Part shown: one piece after another, positions 40,113-52,611 of the stretch | Numbering within the stretch: position 1 is the stretch's first letter | Layout: every line of letters starts with the position of its first letter | DNA from: Octopus bimaculoides | Lineage: Eukaryota | Assembly (NCBI RefSeq): GCF_001194135.2 | Contig: NC_068999.1 | Span: 14,256,875-14,313,152, forward strand | Length of the DNA stretch: 56,278 nt | Direction of reading: 5' to 3' | Made by a program: the position numbers and the translations under genes | Notes under the pieces: model-generated | Seen by the model: the letters and a program-made list of their open reading frames with translations, nothing else | What the model was told of the DNA's origin: nothing | Databases searched by the model: none

Positions 40113-40554
40113 AAACTGCATTTTACAAATGTTATAGCTTTTAACAATTGGAAGTGGGACCAGATTGTGAGATGAACTGATAAAAATATGAATACTACTT
40201 GCTTGTGCAGTTAACACTGCTATGTTGGTAGTTAATTAAATTACATACTGCAGTGAATATTTTTTCCTTCCCATTACATGAAGTCTGTCATAGCATTGAG
40301 ACATAAAGAAGGTGTTTGGGCTAAGTTTGAATTACCACAAAAGAAAAAGAAAACACAAAAACCTGACTATAAATAAATGTATTTTAACAAATCATAAACT
40401 ACCAACTGGATAACAGTTTATTCAAAGTTTAATCCATTGCTCATCTTTATTGTCACAGGGGTGATTGTGAGCCTGCCCGCCCAGATTTCCACACAAATCA
40501 GCAACAAATAGTAATATTACAACTAATAATAAGAATACTTTCTGGTATTGAAAA

Positions 40555-40640
40555 ACAGACTGAAATTTTGTGAGGTTTAGAATAGTCGATTACATCAGCA
40601 CCAATGTTCAGGTTTTCTTTATTTTGTCGGCCTGTCTTTA
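40555..40640 (-). mobile_element. SINE family A 3' fragment
   Basis: CTGAAATTTTG...TAGTCGATTACATC matches the family A tail on the minus strand. Confidence 0.5.
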
Positions 40641-40807
40641 CTACTCAGTAAGATATCCCATGCGTAGTACGAGAATGGAGGCTTCTAGGCGTGTGGAGAA
40701 CTGAGAAATCTAAGCAGAACATTCAGGATAAAAGTATAACCAGACAGAAAACACGAGGAATAGTATCTTGATTTCAAATAACAAATTTCCTTTCTAATGC
40801 ATCAATG

Positions 40808-41071
40808 CAACTAATTTTGCATGCATTCACCGTGCCATTTTAATGTAGAGTAGAAGCAACACATTTCTTGAAGACCAAAACAAACTCCAGTCTGGCCAAT
40901 AACCTGACGCAAGCTACCTTCCGGGTCAAAGATCTTGCTATAGAGATCAGAGCCAGAGGTGTTGTGGGTAAATCTGCTTATGATCTAATGAAACAACTCT
41001 CAGTCTCTGGGTAGAACACGTAAAATTCTCTAAAAGTAATATCAGAGACAGCAGAAAGATGTTCCAGTTTG
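40808..41071 (+). mobile_element. Restriction-like endonuclease C-terminus of a HERO/NeSL/R2-group LINE (pseudogenised)
   Basis: Single frame QLILHAFTVPF*CRVEATHFLKTK..LAIEIRARGVVGKSAYDLMKQL..LKVISETAERCS matches ELTVPWE..K..KY..VEVG.RG..AE..S; three stops. Confidence 0.72.
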
Positions 41072-41179
41072 AACACTGAGCTAACAGAGAAGATTTCCAA
41101 CAAGTTGAAATCTCCAAGCTGGTGGATAAAGCGAAGTAAATGTAAGAGTAAAGTTACTTTTTCGAGACTTAGCGATATA

Positions 41180-41400
41180 TAAGGCCCAGTTTTCCCGGTT
41201 TCCTGGCGAATACATTCCCCATCAACACGGGACACCGGTCCTTAACAGGATTACTCATTTTTGCCTCCTCAGTAGACTGGAGCAACGTGGAATGAACTGA
41301 TTTGCTCAAGAATACAACGTGTCACCAGTTCCAGGAATCGAAACGACAATCTTACGATCATTAATTCGACATTCTAAACACTAAGTTGCGTGCCTCCACT
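41180..41400 (-). mobile_element. tRNA-type SINE family B
   Basis: Reverse-complement homolog of 45340-45550 (CTGGAGCAACGTG..AGGAATCGAAAC..CTTACGATCA..ACTAAG..GTGCCTCC). Confidence 0.75.
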
Positions 41401-41700
41401 AAAAACGAAGGGTTCCCAGGAGTCATGAGATAGCTTAGAGCCAGATCCTAGAGTATAAGGAGTTCAGAAGTGAAACTCTTGCCTGAGTTGTGTTTCATGT
41501 TGTAAGAAAATCGTCTCTGTTCAGGGTCACTTTAAAGATCTTTCTCACTTCTTTAGTAGTTCATTTAGGTATAAAAAAATTAATTTCCAGTTGCTGTGAG
41601 TTATTTCATATCATTGACCATTTTAAGGGATTGACATTTTATTTCATCGATCAAACAAAACGTAATTTTAACGCGTGTGACCCTTATTTTCTATGAAATG

Positions 41701-41825
41701 AAAGCTTACGACAGTGTTAACCACCAATACCTATAGGATTTCCTCACTATGGGTGGTTTGATGTGTGGTGTCATCATTTGCTCTGCTAACACAGTGAATG
41801 GCCATCTATTTGAAGCCTTCATTAA
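41701..41825 (+). mobile_element. Possible L1/Tx1-like LINE reverse transcriptase scrap
   Basis: In-frame KAYDSVNHQYL*..VNGHLFEAF resembles KAFDRV.H.YL..VNG.LS..F, with shortened spacing. Confidence 0.4.
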
Positions 41826-44290
41826 CATTTCTCTACTTGCAAATGTACGAGTTAGAGCTTTGGAGAGGTATTCTCTATAAGGTGGAAGAGCTGCACCGCC
41901 ATAAGCAAAGTGACAACACTAACGTCGAGATGATTAACGCAACCTCGAACGATTATTAAGCGGTGAGTGGAACAAATATCTATCATTTGCATAATGCAAG
42001 ACGCAGATAAGTCTCGTACAACATCGTCGAGAGGACTGATAGATCGATTACATTAATGAGGGATCTGGGTAAGTCCACAACATTGGTGGTATGTATGTAA
42101 AGTATAGATGCATGTTATCATGTTTACATTTTCCTATGTAGTATTCCATACTGCTGATTCTTCAATGATTAAAAATTCAACCGAACCACGTAATTATTTT
42201 GACAAAAGTACTTACAAGTGCTTGAACCGATACCGGACCATGAATTAGACTGAGATGCTAATTTACACTCTCGGAGATAATGAAGTAGCTGAAATTTGCG
42301 TATTTCGAGATGAGTAAATTATGTTTTTTATCTTGTATGATACTGTACATCTTTAGAAAATTAACAGTGCTGTGGCTTAGTTAATCATGACAGTAAGAGT
42401 ATTACGATGTACGTATACATCTTGGTTGTACGTAACCACGTTTGAATAGCAAGAACTCCATTAATCAATGTTTTGCCATGTTTGCATTCAATGCAAAATA
42501 TACTATGTTATATTACACCGAAACTCATTTTTCATTTTTCCAATTAGCTGGCCGCTATGATTTCAATTTCTTCTAGGTCAATTGACATAATTCTTCCGAT
42601 TACACACTTCATCATAGATCAACAGAAATAAGACCGGATCTACACTTCCGTTGCTTATGTTCGTCAAGTGTGGTATTGTATATTATATTGCATGCGCTCT
42701 ATCACTCTCTCACGGTAATATTTAAATATGAACAAAGTCGAATATTGGCATAATAAATTCAACCAGCCCATGTATACACATCTTATCTAGACTAGATCGG
42801 TGTATGGCTAAATGAAATAAAAAAATTAAAAAGGAGCATGACTTGAATCAAGTATAAACGTTCGAAATCAAATGCAGAAATGCATTCACAACGATGATAT
42901 AATTCTACCGCAAAATTATATTTGTTCATTTGAAATGCATAAAAACGGATCAGTAGAACTGTTAAAGCGATGGAAAATTACTAGAATATTTGATTTAATA
43001 AGCAACACGCATTTAATAGTGAAGAGTTTATCAGTCTTTACCTCTCTGAAAGTGTGTAGCCTGCATTGCTTCGAGTTCATAAACTGCCGTATTTGAAATT
43101 CTGATCTGTATGATTTTTAGGGTTGCAAATGATATTATGATAACATAACTGTACTTTTTGCTATATCATTTGCTATATCATCCCCAAGTTACGTTCGTAA
43201 CTACGATATCAGTGACAAATAGATTTATTTAAATAATACCGATTAAAGTATATTCATAGGTTTGATAATATATAAATATGGGTGTATGTGTATGTGTGTG
43301 TAAGTGTGTATGTGTGTGTAAGTGTGTGTGTGTGTAAGTGGGTATGTGTGTGTGTATCCATATATATACTTAAGAAATCGAACAATTTTATTTCCTCACT
43401 ATATCTATATTATTTCATTTCAGATTATTATTTTTCTTTTTTTTTACGTTTATTTCTTTTCGCATGGATAATACATCAATATGTCTACCGTTTACCATAT
43501 CAAGATGCTGCCATATATCTATAAAAAAGTAATAGAAACAATCGATTTTCTTTCTATTTAACAGTAGAGTGAGCAAGAGGTCATTACTGACAATTATCTA
43601 AAGACTGGGTGTTATCATCTTTATACTTCTTCGAACCTGAATTCATAATTAGTATTATAAAATAGAACGTTTTTCTTGTTTGCATTTTATCATTATTGTT
43701 GTTGTTTTTTTCCTTACTTTTTCGTATTTTCCATATAATTTTACTTCTTTCATTTTTGAACTGTATCTATACTATAGTTTAGTTTCCAGTCGTTTAAATA
43801 AGCAGAATATTTATCTTCAAAGTGATGATAGTGTAATTACACACACTGAAAACTTCATTTATCAGTGTAACCGGATTTTGCGGGGATATTATTTTTGCTT
43901 ATTACAGAGCAACTTATCTTGTCTCCGTTTGCAATTTTTATAATGTAGCTATAAGAACTTTAGTGAATAACTATTTCCAAAGTAAACAAGAAATATTGGT
44001 ATCTTAAATTTATCCTGATATCGGTGATTGTCGCTCATCATATTCATAATTTTCTTTCAACAAAATATAGGCAAACCCATTTAGAGAATCAGTAAATTTC
44101 CATTTTATTTTTATTATTTGTATACACACATATCAAATATATGTGAGGTGAGAAATATATAAATCTAACTACTTATCTATCTATCTATTTATCAATCTGT
44201 CTATCTATCTGTCTATTTATCTCTCTCTCCATCTCTCCCCCCTAATTCTCTCTCTCTGTCTCTCTGTCTCTCTCTCTCTCCCTATGTCTG

Positions 44291-44331
<41 letters not shown>

Positions 44332-45339
44332 CTCTATACTGGTATATATAAAGTTCCGTTTGTTCTCTTAGTTCGTCGAAATGTTTCTGTTTGTAAAATT
44401 ATACATGCGTATATAGATACATTTACATAATACTATTAACGTATGAATTCGTGTGCACACACACACACATACACCACACATACATATGTACATATATACG
44501 TGTATATATATATATATATNNNNNNNNNNNNNNNNNNNNNNNNNNNNNNNNNNNNNNNNNNNNNNNNNNNNNNNNNNNNNNNNNNNNNNNNNNNNNNNNN
44601 NNNNNNNNNNNNNNNNNNNNNNNNNNNNNNNNNNNNNNNNNNNNNNNNNNNNNNNNNNNNNNNNNNNNNNNNNNNNNNNNNNNNNNNNNNNNNNNNNNNN
44701 NNNNNNNNNNNNNNNNNNNNNNNNNNNNNNNNNNNNNNNNNNNNNNNNNNNNNNNNNNNNNNNNNNNNNNNNNNNNNNNNNNNNNNNNNNNNNNNNNNNN
44801 NNNNNNNNNNNNNNNNNNNNNNNNNNNNNNNNNNNNNNNNNNNNNNNNNNNNNNNNNNNNNNNNNNNNNNNNNNNNNNNNNNNNNNNNNNNNNNNNNNNN
44901 NNNNNNNNNNNNNNNNNNNNNNNNNNNNNNNNNNNNNNNNNNNNNNNNNNNNNNNNNNNNNNNNNNNNNNNNNNNNNNNNNNNNNNNNNNNNNNNNNNNN
45001 NNNNNNNNNNNNNNNNNNNNNNNNNNNNNNNNNNNNNNNNNNNNNNNNNNNNNNNNNNNNNNNNNNNNNNNNNNNNNNNNNNNNNNNNNNNNNNNNNNNN
45101 NNNNNGTGTGTAATACAGAGAAAAGATGGAGGAATAACAGGATATATTTTTATGTATTCATTTATTTCCAAGTATCTACTGTTTCATTCCTTTATTAACG
45201 AAGAATACTATATGAAAATCAGTAAATTTATTACGGTTAGAGCAATCATGTTTTCAACTTCATTTCTGTTTTCATACTATCAATTGCTTTTAGTCTTCTA
45301 AGGTACCTTTTATTTATAGAATTCATCTTATAATTTCGT

Positions 45340-45550
45340 AGGGACGCGTGGCTTAATAGTTAGGCTGTTGGACTCATGATAGTAAAATTGTGGTTTCGAT
45401 CTGTAGCTTCAGCGATGAGTTGCGCTTTTCGCAAAACCTTTCATTTTACGTTGCTCCATTCTACTTATCTAGCAAAACTCAGTAATACTACGAAGGACCG
45501 GTGTCACCTTGTGAATATATACGCAATAAAACCAGGAAAACTGGCCCTTG
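45340..45550 (+). mobile_element. tRNA-type SINE family B
   Basis: Head GGACGCGTGGCTTAATAGTTAGG (A-box-like) and GGTTTCGATC (B-box-like); body TTCATTTTACGTTGCTCCA. Confidence 0.75.
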
Positions 45551-45609
45551 TGATTCGATATGATTGGAGAAGATAACATTATTTTGCACTATCATTTTAA
45601 AGAATGTTT

Positions 45610-46240
45610 GTCGATTAGAGGTCCCTTGCAACTTGCTTCTCTCTCCCCAACATTCTGTGATGCCTTCCTCTCATTGTTTGGTCCCTATGTTTTTTTTACC
45701 CTCTCTCCTATTCCTTAGTCCCTCTGCTTTCTTCAAATCCTCACCTCCTGTACCGCGTGATCACTGTCCGATTTCTGCATTGTCAATCTTTCCGGCTGAC
45801 CGCCGCATGTGTTCTGTCTTGCCACCAGGTCATTGAAGACATTTTCATTTCCTTTTTCCTTGCTTTAGCTAACTATGTTTTCTGATAGTCGGAAGACTCT
45901 GTTTTGTTTTTATTTTTGTTATATAGCTCAAAATGCTTTTGTCCATTGTATATGTATAATTGTATTTCGTATGTTACTCTTGTCCGATAGTCGAAAGACC
46001 CTTTCTGTTTGCTATGTCCTTGTGTTTATATATCTACATTCATTTGCCTTGCTCAAGGGCTTAATGCCTTCAGCTTAAGCCCTTGGCCCAACTTGTTTCG
46101 AGTAGTATCGGAGAGGATTGGGCGAAACTACGTAGACATTCCAGACTCCGACTGAAGATGTAATCGGCTGCGAATGATCGTGTATCCTCTTTTGTCCTGT
46201 TTGCCGTTCTTGCGCTATCGTATTTTTCGTTTGTAATGTT
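45610..46240 (+). mobile_element. Unclassified repeat, possibly a Penelope-like terminal region
   Basis: Pyrimidine-rich block, internal duplication (TGATAGTCGGAAGAC/CGATAGTCGAAAGAC), perfect 11-bp hairpin at 46054-46085, CTGAAGA..CGAA motif at ~46152. Confidence 0.3.
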
Positions 46241-47515
46241 TTGAAGATTTCTCCTGGTTGTATTTTTTATTTAAGATAACATAACATTACGTACATGTTT
46301 CGCTCATGTATAAATTATTCATAACATAAACAGGTTCGAAAGGCCAGTTGCAACTTTCGATTCATATACTTCACTGACATTTATATACCCCGAAAGCATA
46401 CAGGACAATGCTGGAATTAACAGAAACTATATTTAGGAGGCAAAGACACGCAAACATAAGGCATCAATGTCTATGACGTATTATAATGCAAAGCAAACGA
46501 AGATTTAAACGTATATATATATACTTTTTATTCAGTTTTCGCTATAGAATCTGGAAATTTACATCAAAATTCCATAATAATACAATCATGAGATACTTCC
46601 TTGTTGATCACAACTTTTTTCTATAAATGCATTTCTTAGTATATGTGTGTCTGGCTTCTATGGAATATAAAGAATATCAGCGATGGATTATGATTAGGAT
46701 TCTCTGTGAATTTGGCTTCGTGTTCACGGTCAGGATTTAATCGTATATCCTCCAGCAAAACAACTTTAAAATTATCAATCAGTAAACCCATCTTAAGAGA
46801 TGACTCGATAAAAAGATGGAAATTGCATGGCAGCTGCTTTTTTAATTAATATACATTTTTTTTTTGTTTTTGCTTTTTGATTGCTCACGGTTTAAATATC
46901 GAGTAAAGTAATCTTTGACTAATATCGAATANNNNNNNNNNNNNNNNNNNNNNNNNNNNNNNNNNNNNNNNNNNNNNNNNNNNNNNNNNNNNNNNNNNNN
47001 NNNNNNNNNNNNNNNNNNNNNNNNNNNNNNNNNNNNNNNNNNNNNNNNNNNNNNNNNNNNNNNNNNNNNNNNNNNNNNNNNNNNNNNNNNNNNNNNNNNN
47101 NNNNNNNNNNNNNNNNNNNNNNNNNNNNNNNNNNNNNNNNNNNNNNNNNNNNNNNNNNNNNNNNNNNNNNNNNNNNNNNNNNNNNNNNNNNNNNNNNNNN
47201 NNNNNNNNNNNNNNNNNNNNNNNNNNNNNNNNNNNNNNNNNNNNNNNNNNNNNNNNNNNNNNNNNNNNNNNNNNNNNNNNNNNNNNNNNNNNNNNNNNNN
47301 NNNNNNNNNNNNNNNNNNNNNNNNNNNNNNNNNNNNNNNNNNNNNNNNNNNNNNNNNNNNNNNNNNNNNNNNNNNNNNNNNNNNNNNNNNNNNNNNNNNN
47401 NNNNNNNNNNNNNNNNNNNNNNNNNNNNNNNNNNNNNNNNNNNNNNNNNNNNNNNNNNNNNNNNNNNNNNNNNNNNNNNNNNNNNNNNNNNNNNNNNNNN
47501 NNNNNNNNNNNNNNN

Positions 47516-47561
<46 letters not shown>

Positions 47562-47562
47562 A

Positions 47563-47598
<36 letters not shown>

Positions 47599-48686
47599 CA
47601 CCTATATGTATGCTTCATCTTTTATTTTCCCTTATCCTCAGTGGTAATTTTCATATGAGTGAAAGAGCATATCATTTCCCATATTTCCATAAAATCCATT
47701 TAATAATATTCCTCTAATTCTAGATACACTCATGTCGTCCTTACTCTGCTCTCATCAGCAAAATATAACACACAAATTTAATTATATGATACATATATAA
47801 TACATTCTGTATGTCTTATATACATTGTGTATTGTATATGTAATATATATATGTATGTGTGTTCGTGTGTTTCTGTGTATGTGTCTGTGTTACTGCGTGT
47901 GAGTTAGGAATTGATAGATTAAATACTATGATAATTGTCCAGAAGTAAATGTGTTAACGATAATTCATACCTGGGGCAGACATACCGGTTTTAAACCAAT
48001 AGGGACAAGCATAACACACCAAATAACTTCCATGATTAAAATTATTGAATAAGGACCATCAAGAGTTATTTCAGCATATTTGCTTATTATCGTGCTAATA
48101 GTTTCTTTAAGTTAGGCCCATAATTGTACTAATTGACATTATTTGGGAAAGCAAGAAATTCGACAGGAGACATTATATTTCTTTCAGATTTTAGATAATA
48201 GTGTATTTGATTTTTGTGAATATCGTTTGCATTTTTAAATTAAATTTTAATTTCCATCAAAACTATATATTTGGAATCTTAAATTCCCCTGACAGTTTAT
48301 TTTCAAGTAGCAGTGAATCTAGCTTCTACTTATAATGCAAAATCATTTAGGAGATAATATTTTCGATGGGTAATGACTGCACATAGAATGAATTTGACAT
48401 GGCAATTATAATTTGGATTCGATCATAAATCAGCCAGCAAAGCAACAACTTTAATTTCAATAGAAGCGAAACACTGATTTAATCGCTAACAATATAAAAG
48501 ATGCAACGCAAGTCCTGCCCACAATTTTATTGTCTTTTTGGATAGTTTCTTTCAGTTCTTAACCTTCGTTTTTTTCCCTTTTCTGTTCGACCACTTGCCT
48601 TTTAATATGCTGTCAAGCAAACTATGGAGGATACCGAATATAATTGTATGATGAAAGTGTTATAAAATATATTATGACATAATATT

Positions 48687-48800
48687 CGTTTCTACTCTAG
48701 GCACAAGGCCCGAAATTTTGGTGGGAGGGTCTAATCGATTAGATCGACCCCAGTATGCAAATGGTACTTAATTCATCGACCCGAAAGGATGAAAGGCAAT
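48687..48800 (-). mobile_element. 5'-truncated SINE family A with 15-bp target-site duplication
   Basis: TTATGACATAATATT at 48672-48686 and 48801-48815 flanks the insert. Confidence 0.85.
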
Positions 48801-48823
48801 TTATGACATAATATTAAACATGC

Positions 48824-49020
48824 AAGGCGGTGAGCTGGCAGAAACGTTACCACATCGGGCGAAATGCTTTACGTTTTGAGTTCAAATTCCACCGAGTTCG
48901 ACTTGGCCGTTCATCCTTTCGGAGATCGATAAATTAAGTTCCAGTTACGTGCTGTGTTCGACGTAAGCGACTGGCCCACTCCCCAAAACTTTCGGGAAAT
49001 GTGCCTAAAGAAGAAAAAGA
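48824..49020 (+). mobile_element. Full-length tRNA-type SINE family A
   Basis: GGCGGTGAGCTGGCAGAAACG (A-box-like), GAGTTCAAATTCC (B-box), 3' body TTCATCCTTTCGG..GTGCCTA. Confidence 0.85.
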
Positions 49021-51159
49021 ATATTAACCACACATGCACAAACACACTTTACATCGGTCTGTATACGTTGTGCAGATGAAAGGTCAGAGACCCATATGCA
49101 GATGTTATAAGCTGAATAATTTTGTGGAAAGAAGCCCTCAATGAAAATAAAGGCAATGATTGAAAGATTGCGTAAAGTCCTCGTTAACCGCCTGTGAAAA
49201 TAACAGGTCAACTGAGAGAACAATGATTGTCATCGCCACCAGTGGAGGCTTTTAGTAAAGAAGTGACGGGGTATTTTCGAAAAGAAACATTTACAATAAA
49301 GAGTTAATTGAAACTGCTGTCGTGAATGACGTGGGGGAGAACTTGGCCTGCAATATCTGTGTTAATTTATGGTTATCACCAACTGAGATTATTAATCACC
49401 TTCGAAGCAAAATGTTTAAAATATAAATTCGCATGAGCGTACAATATTCTTCATGATCATTGACCATCTTTCTCGGTCACAAGTGGCCAACCATCTTGCA
49501 TATATACACACACACACAGTCGATTGATGCTCTAACCATTGTGAATATCCTCATTTCATTATACGTTATTAGCTTTGAAATAGTTGGCTCGATGCTAATT
49601 TTTTATCTTATTAGTGATGTAGGATAAAGTGTTTGTAGCCAAAAACGCTAAACAGCCATACTCAAGCCCAAAATAGTGTGATTAAGAAAGGAACAAACAC
49701 ATACCACTCCTTTAAGGATAGGACAATGGTAAGGTGATAAGGGTATAATAGGCACAACATTTATTATATTGCCAGATCGTACACTAAAAATGTATACCGG
49801 ATAATCGCTATATAAAAATAGAGCTCTGCAGACAGTAAAAAAGAATCAATGGTAGTAAAAAGCCGTTTTCAAAACGGTGTATAAGAGTTACTTTATGTAG
49901 AGAAGGAAAGGAAGTGGAGGCCTTTTTGTCATTATCTGCAAGTGTAGAACTCGGAAAATTTGATTTGGTTCCATACTGAAAGGATTTGGCCACAGAGATA
50001 TAATTTTTGTCAATCCGCCGTGCTAAAACGGAAAACCCGTAAACAACTAAACTATATTTCCGGACTTATTTATTTGGAAGATTTTACTGGATTAGTTGGC
50101 AGTGAAAAAGATATTTAATAAGTGTCTCAAAATCAAGTGTGACTGCGAGCAATATAGCATCTATTACAAAAACATTCCTTGAGAAACACATTCTCCGCAG
50201 TTATGCTGCAGGAAGTGTATCAAGAATTTCATAAGTTTACAGTTTATATATTCGACCCAAAATCGAATTCTACCATTCACAAAATTACAGTTGTTTCCCT
50301 TCTAAACACGATTTCTTGGTTGGAATTTAACAAATACAAGATCCGTTTTTTTTTTTTACTCTGTTACAAGAAGAATGCGTTAAGTATCGGTACTACAGTG
50401 AACAACGACATTTTCTTCTCATAGAAAATTATGCTGTCTCATTAATAAATATTGTGATAATCGGGGGAGAAAACATGTAACGAGATCACTAATTTTGGCT
50501 GACTGAGAGGACACGAATAAAGGGAAACGGGGTGCTTTGATCAGGAAATCAATGCATCGTAGTTCCAGGAATAAAAGTGCCATCTTGCCCGTAACCTTAT
50601 GAAGATGAGTCCGACATCCTCACCACAAAGTCACGCGTGTCCACAACATATATATATATTAAAATCTGAATAAGAAACAAATATTAAATTATTTAAAAAA
50701 ATATTTTATGTGTATGTGTTTCTGTGTGTATTCATATAATTTAGTCTGTGGTAACGTGCTTCCGTGTGTATGTGTACAAATATATGCTTGTACACACATT
50801 GCATAATATCCCATGCATTACACACATATTACACAATATTACATATCTAATATTGAATTAAGCATGTTACATAACTAAAATTAGTGTTTCAGCATGCGTA
50901 CATAATTGTTGCATTTCAACACTTTTATCGCTTGAAGGAATTTTATGATGGTTTACAGATGACAGTGGGTCACACATTTATTCTATGCTTTCTTGAAAGA
51001 GAATACTTTATATTGGAAGACTAACTGCGACACAAGCAGAATTATATCATCTTGATGCCATAGAATTCTATTTGTCATCAGCAATTGCTGTGAATTCATT
51101 AATATTATACACAAAGAGTGGAGGTAAAACATAATTCTTTCTACAAAAAGCACAAAACA

Positions 51160-51350
51160 TGAAACTGTTGGGGAGGTGACACGTCCATTACATCCACCCG
51201 AGTGTTTCACTGGTACTTAATTTGTCGATCCTGAAGGATGAAATGTAGAGGCAACGACGCCGGAATTTGAACACAAAACGTAGCGAGAGATGAAATACCG
51301 CTTAGCATTTTTCCAGCCGTGATAAGGATTCTGTTAGCTCAACGGCTTAG
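51160..51350 (-). mobile_element. SINE family A, decayed
   Basis: CTGGTACTTAATTTGTCGATCCTGAAGGATGAAA..CGGAATTTGAAC..GCTTAGCATTT..GATTCTG. Confidence 0.7.
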
Positions 51351-51658
51351 TGCAGGTACAAATCATGTGTAACGTGTGAGTGTGAAAAAGTATTCCTAAA
51401 AATTATGATTATAATTAATTATAACGTAATATATGCCAGGTTAACCAAAAGTACACAGAGACATACATAGAAACAGACACACACAGACAACACACAGACA
51501 CACACACACAAATATACGCACAAACACACACACAGGTATGTATATGGGTGTGTATATATATACTTTGACAGACNNNNNNNNNNTATGTATATGGGCGTGT
51601 ATATATATACTTTGACAGACAGACACACAGGCAAAGGCAGACAGACACACAGGCAAAT

Positions 51659-51690
51659 AGATAGATAGATAGAGATAGATAGATAAATAT

Positions 51691-51735
<45 letters not shown>

Positions 51736-51868
51736 GAGATAGATAGATAGATAGATCGTCCTGAGCTATCAGTATATAACACTTGTCCAATATGATTGAA
51801 TTGGGTACTATATAATTTGGAAGCAAGCTCCTGCTACACAGCAATTTCTGGGCCTCTCTATCTGTATG

Positions 51869-51948
<80 letters not shown>

Positions 51949-51962
51949 ACTATCTATCTATT
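51659..51962. repeat. (GATA)n and (TATC)n arrays in inverted orientation
   Basis: GATA array ~51659-51755 and TATC array ~51867-51962. Confidence 0.93.
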
Positions 51963-52552
51963 TATCTGTCGTTTTATNNNNNNNNNNATATATATATATA
52001 TATATATATATATAAATGTATATATATATATATATATATCAAATGGATGTGTTATAATACTTTTCTATTCCGCACATGCAATAACAATCGTACCAATAAT
52101 CCATCATCAGCTGCCCCACGGATATCAATATGGCTTTCATCCGGTGGTGTTAACAGCACTTAAAATAAGTGTTGTTTACAAAGAAACATACCTAAGATAT
52201 CATCACAATCATTCAATTAAAGTACAACTAAGAAACACATTTGCACTATGTACAGCAATATGGATAAATATATTCAATAAGTAACCCTGTAACTACATCC
52301 TAAATTACATGCTATATAGTGACCACACGTTTAAGTGCAAACAGATAATATTCAAACCCGTCTTCCATAGTTATCAATGTAAAAGTGATGAGTTTATAGT
52401 CTTTCTCTCTCCGCCCACTAAAGCAAAAACACTCGATTGAACTTAACTAATAATATAATTAATTCTGAGTGAATTGGTCTATTTCATAATCGAAAAGTTA
52501 ATTAAAACACTACATACCTATTAAATATTCGTTAATACATACATACATACAA

Positions 52553-52611
<59 letters not shown>

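Noticed and set aside
42216-42288. Minus-strand exon candidate LLHYLRECKLASQSNSWSGIGSST
   Set aside because: Weak polypyrimidine tract and gives TAA when joined to the next minus candidate; not distinguishable from chance
46638-46793. 51-aa minus ORF (DNFKVVLLED..REHE) as GIY-YIG remnant
   Set aside because: Resemblance too weak to support without a profile search
48824-48900. tRNA gene (also 45340-45400 and 34503-34570)
   Set aside because: A/B boxes are present but no cloverleaf forms, and each continues into a repeated SINE body
51537-51620. 37-bp direct repeat flanking a 10-N gap
   Set aside because: Near-identical sequence on both sides of a placeholder gap with one SNP; typical contig-overlap or allelic artefact
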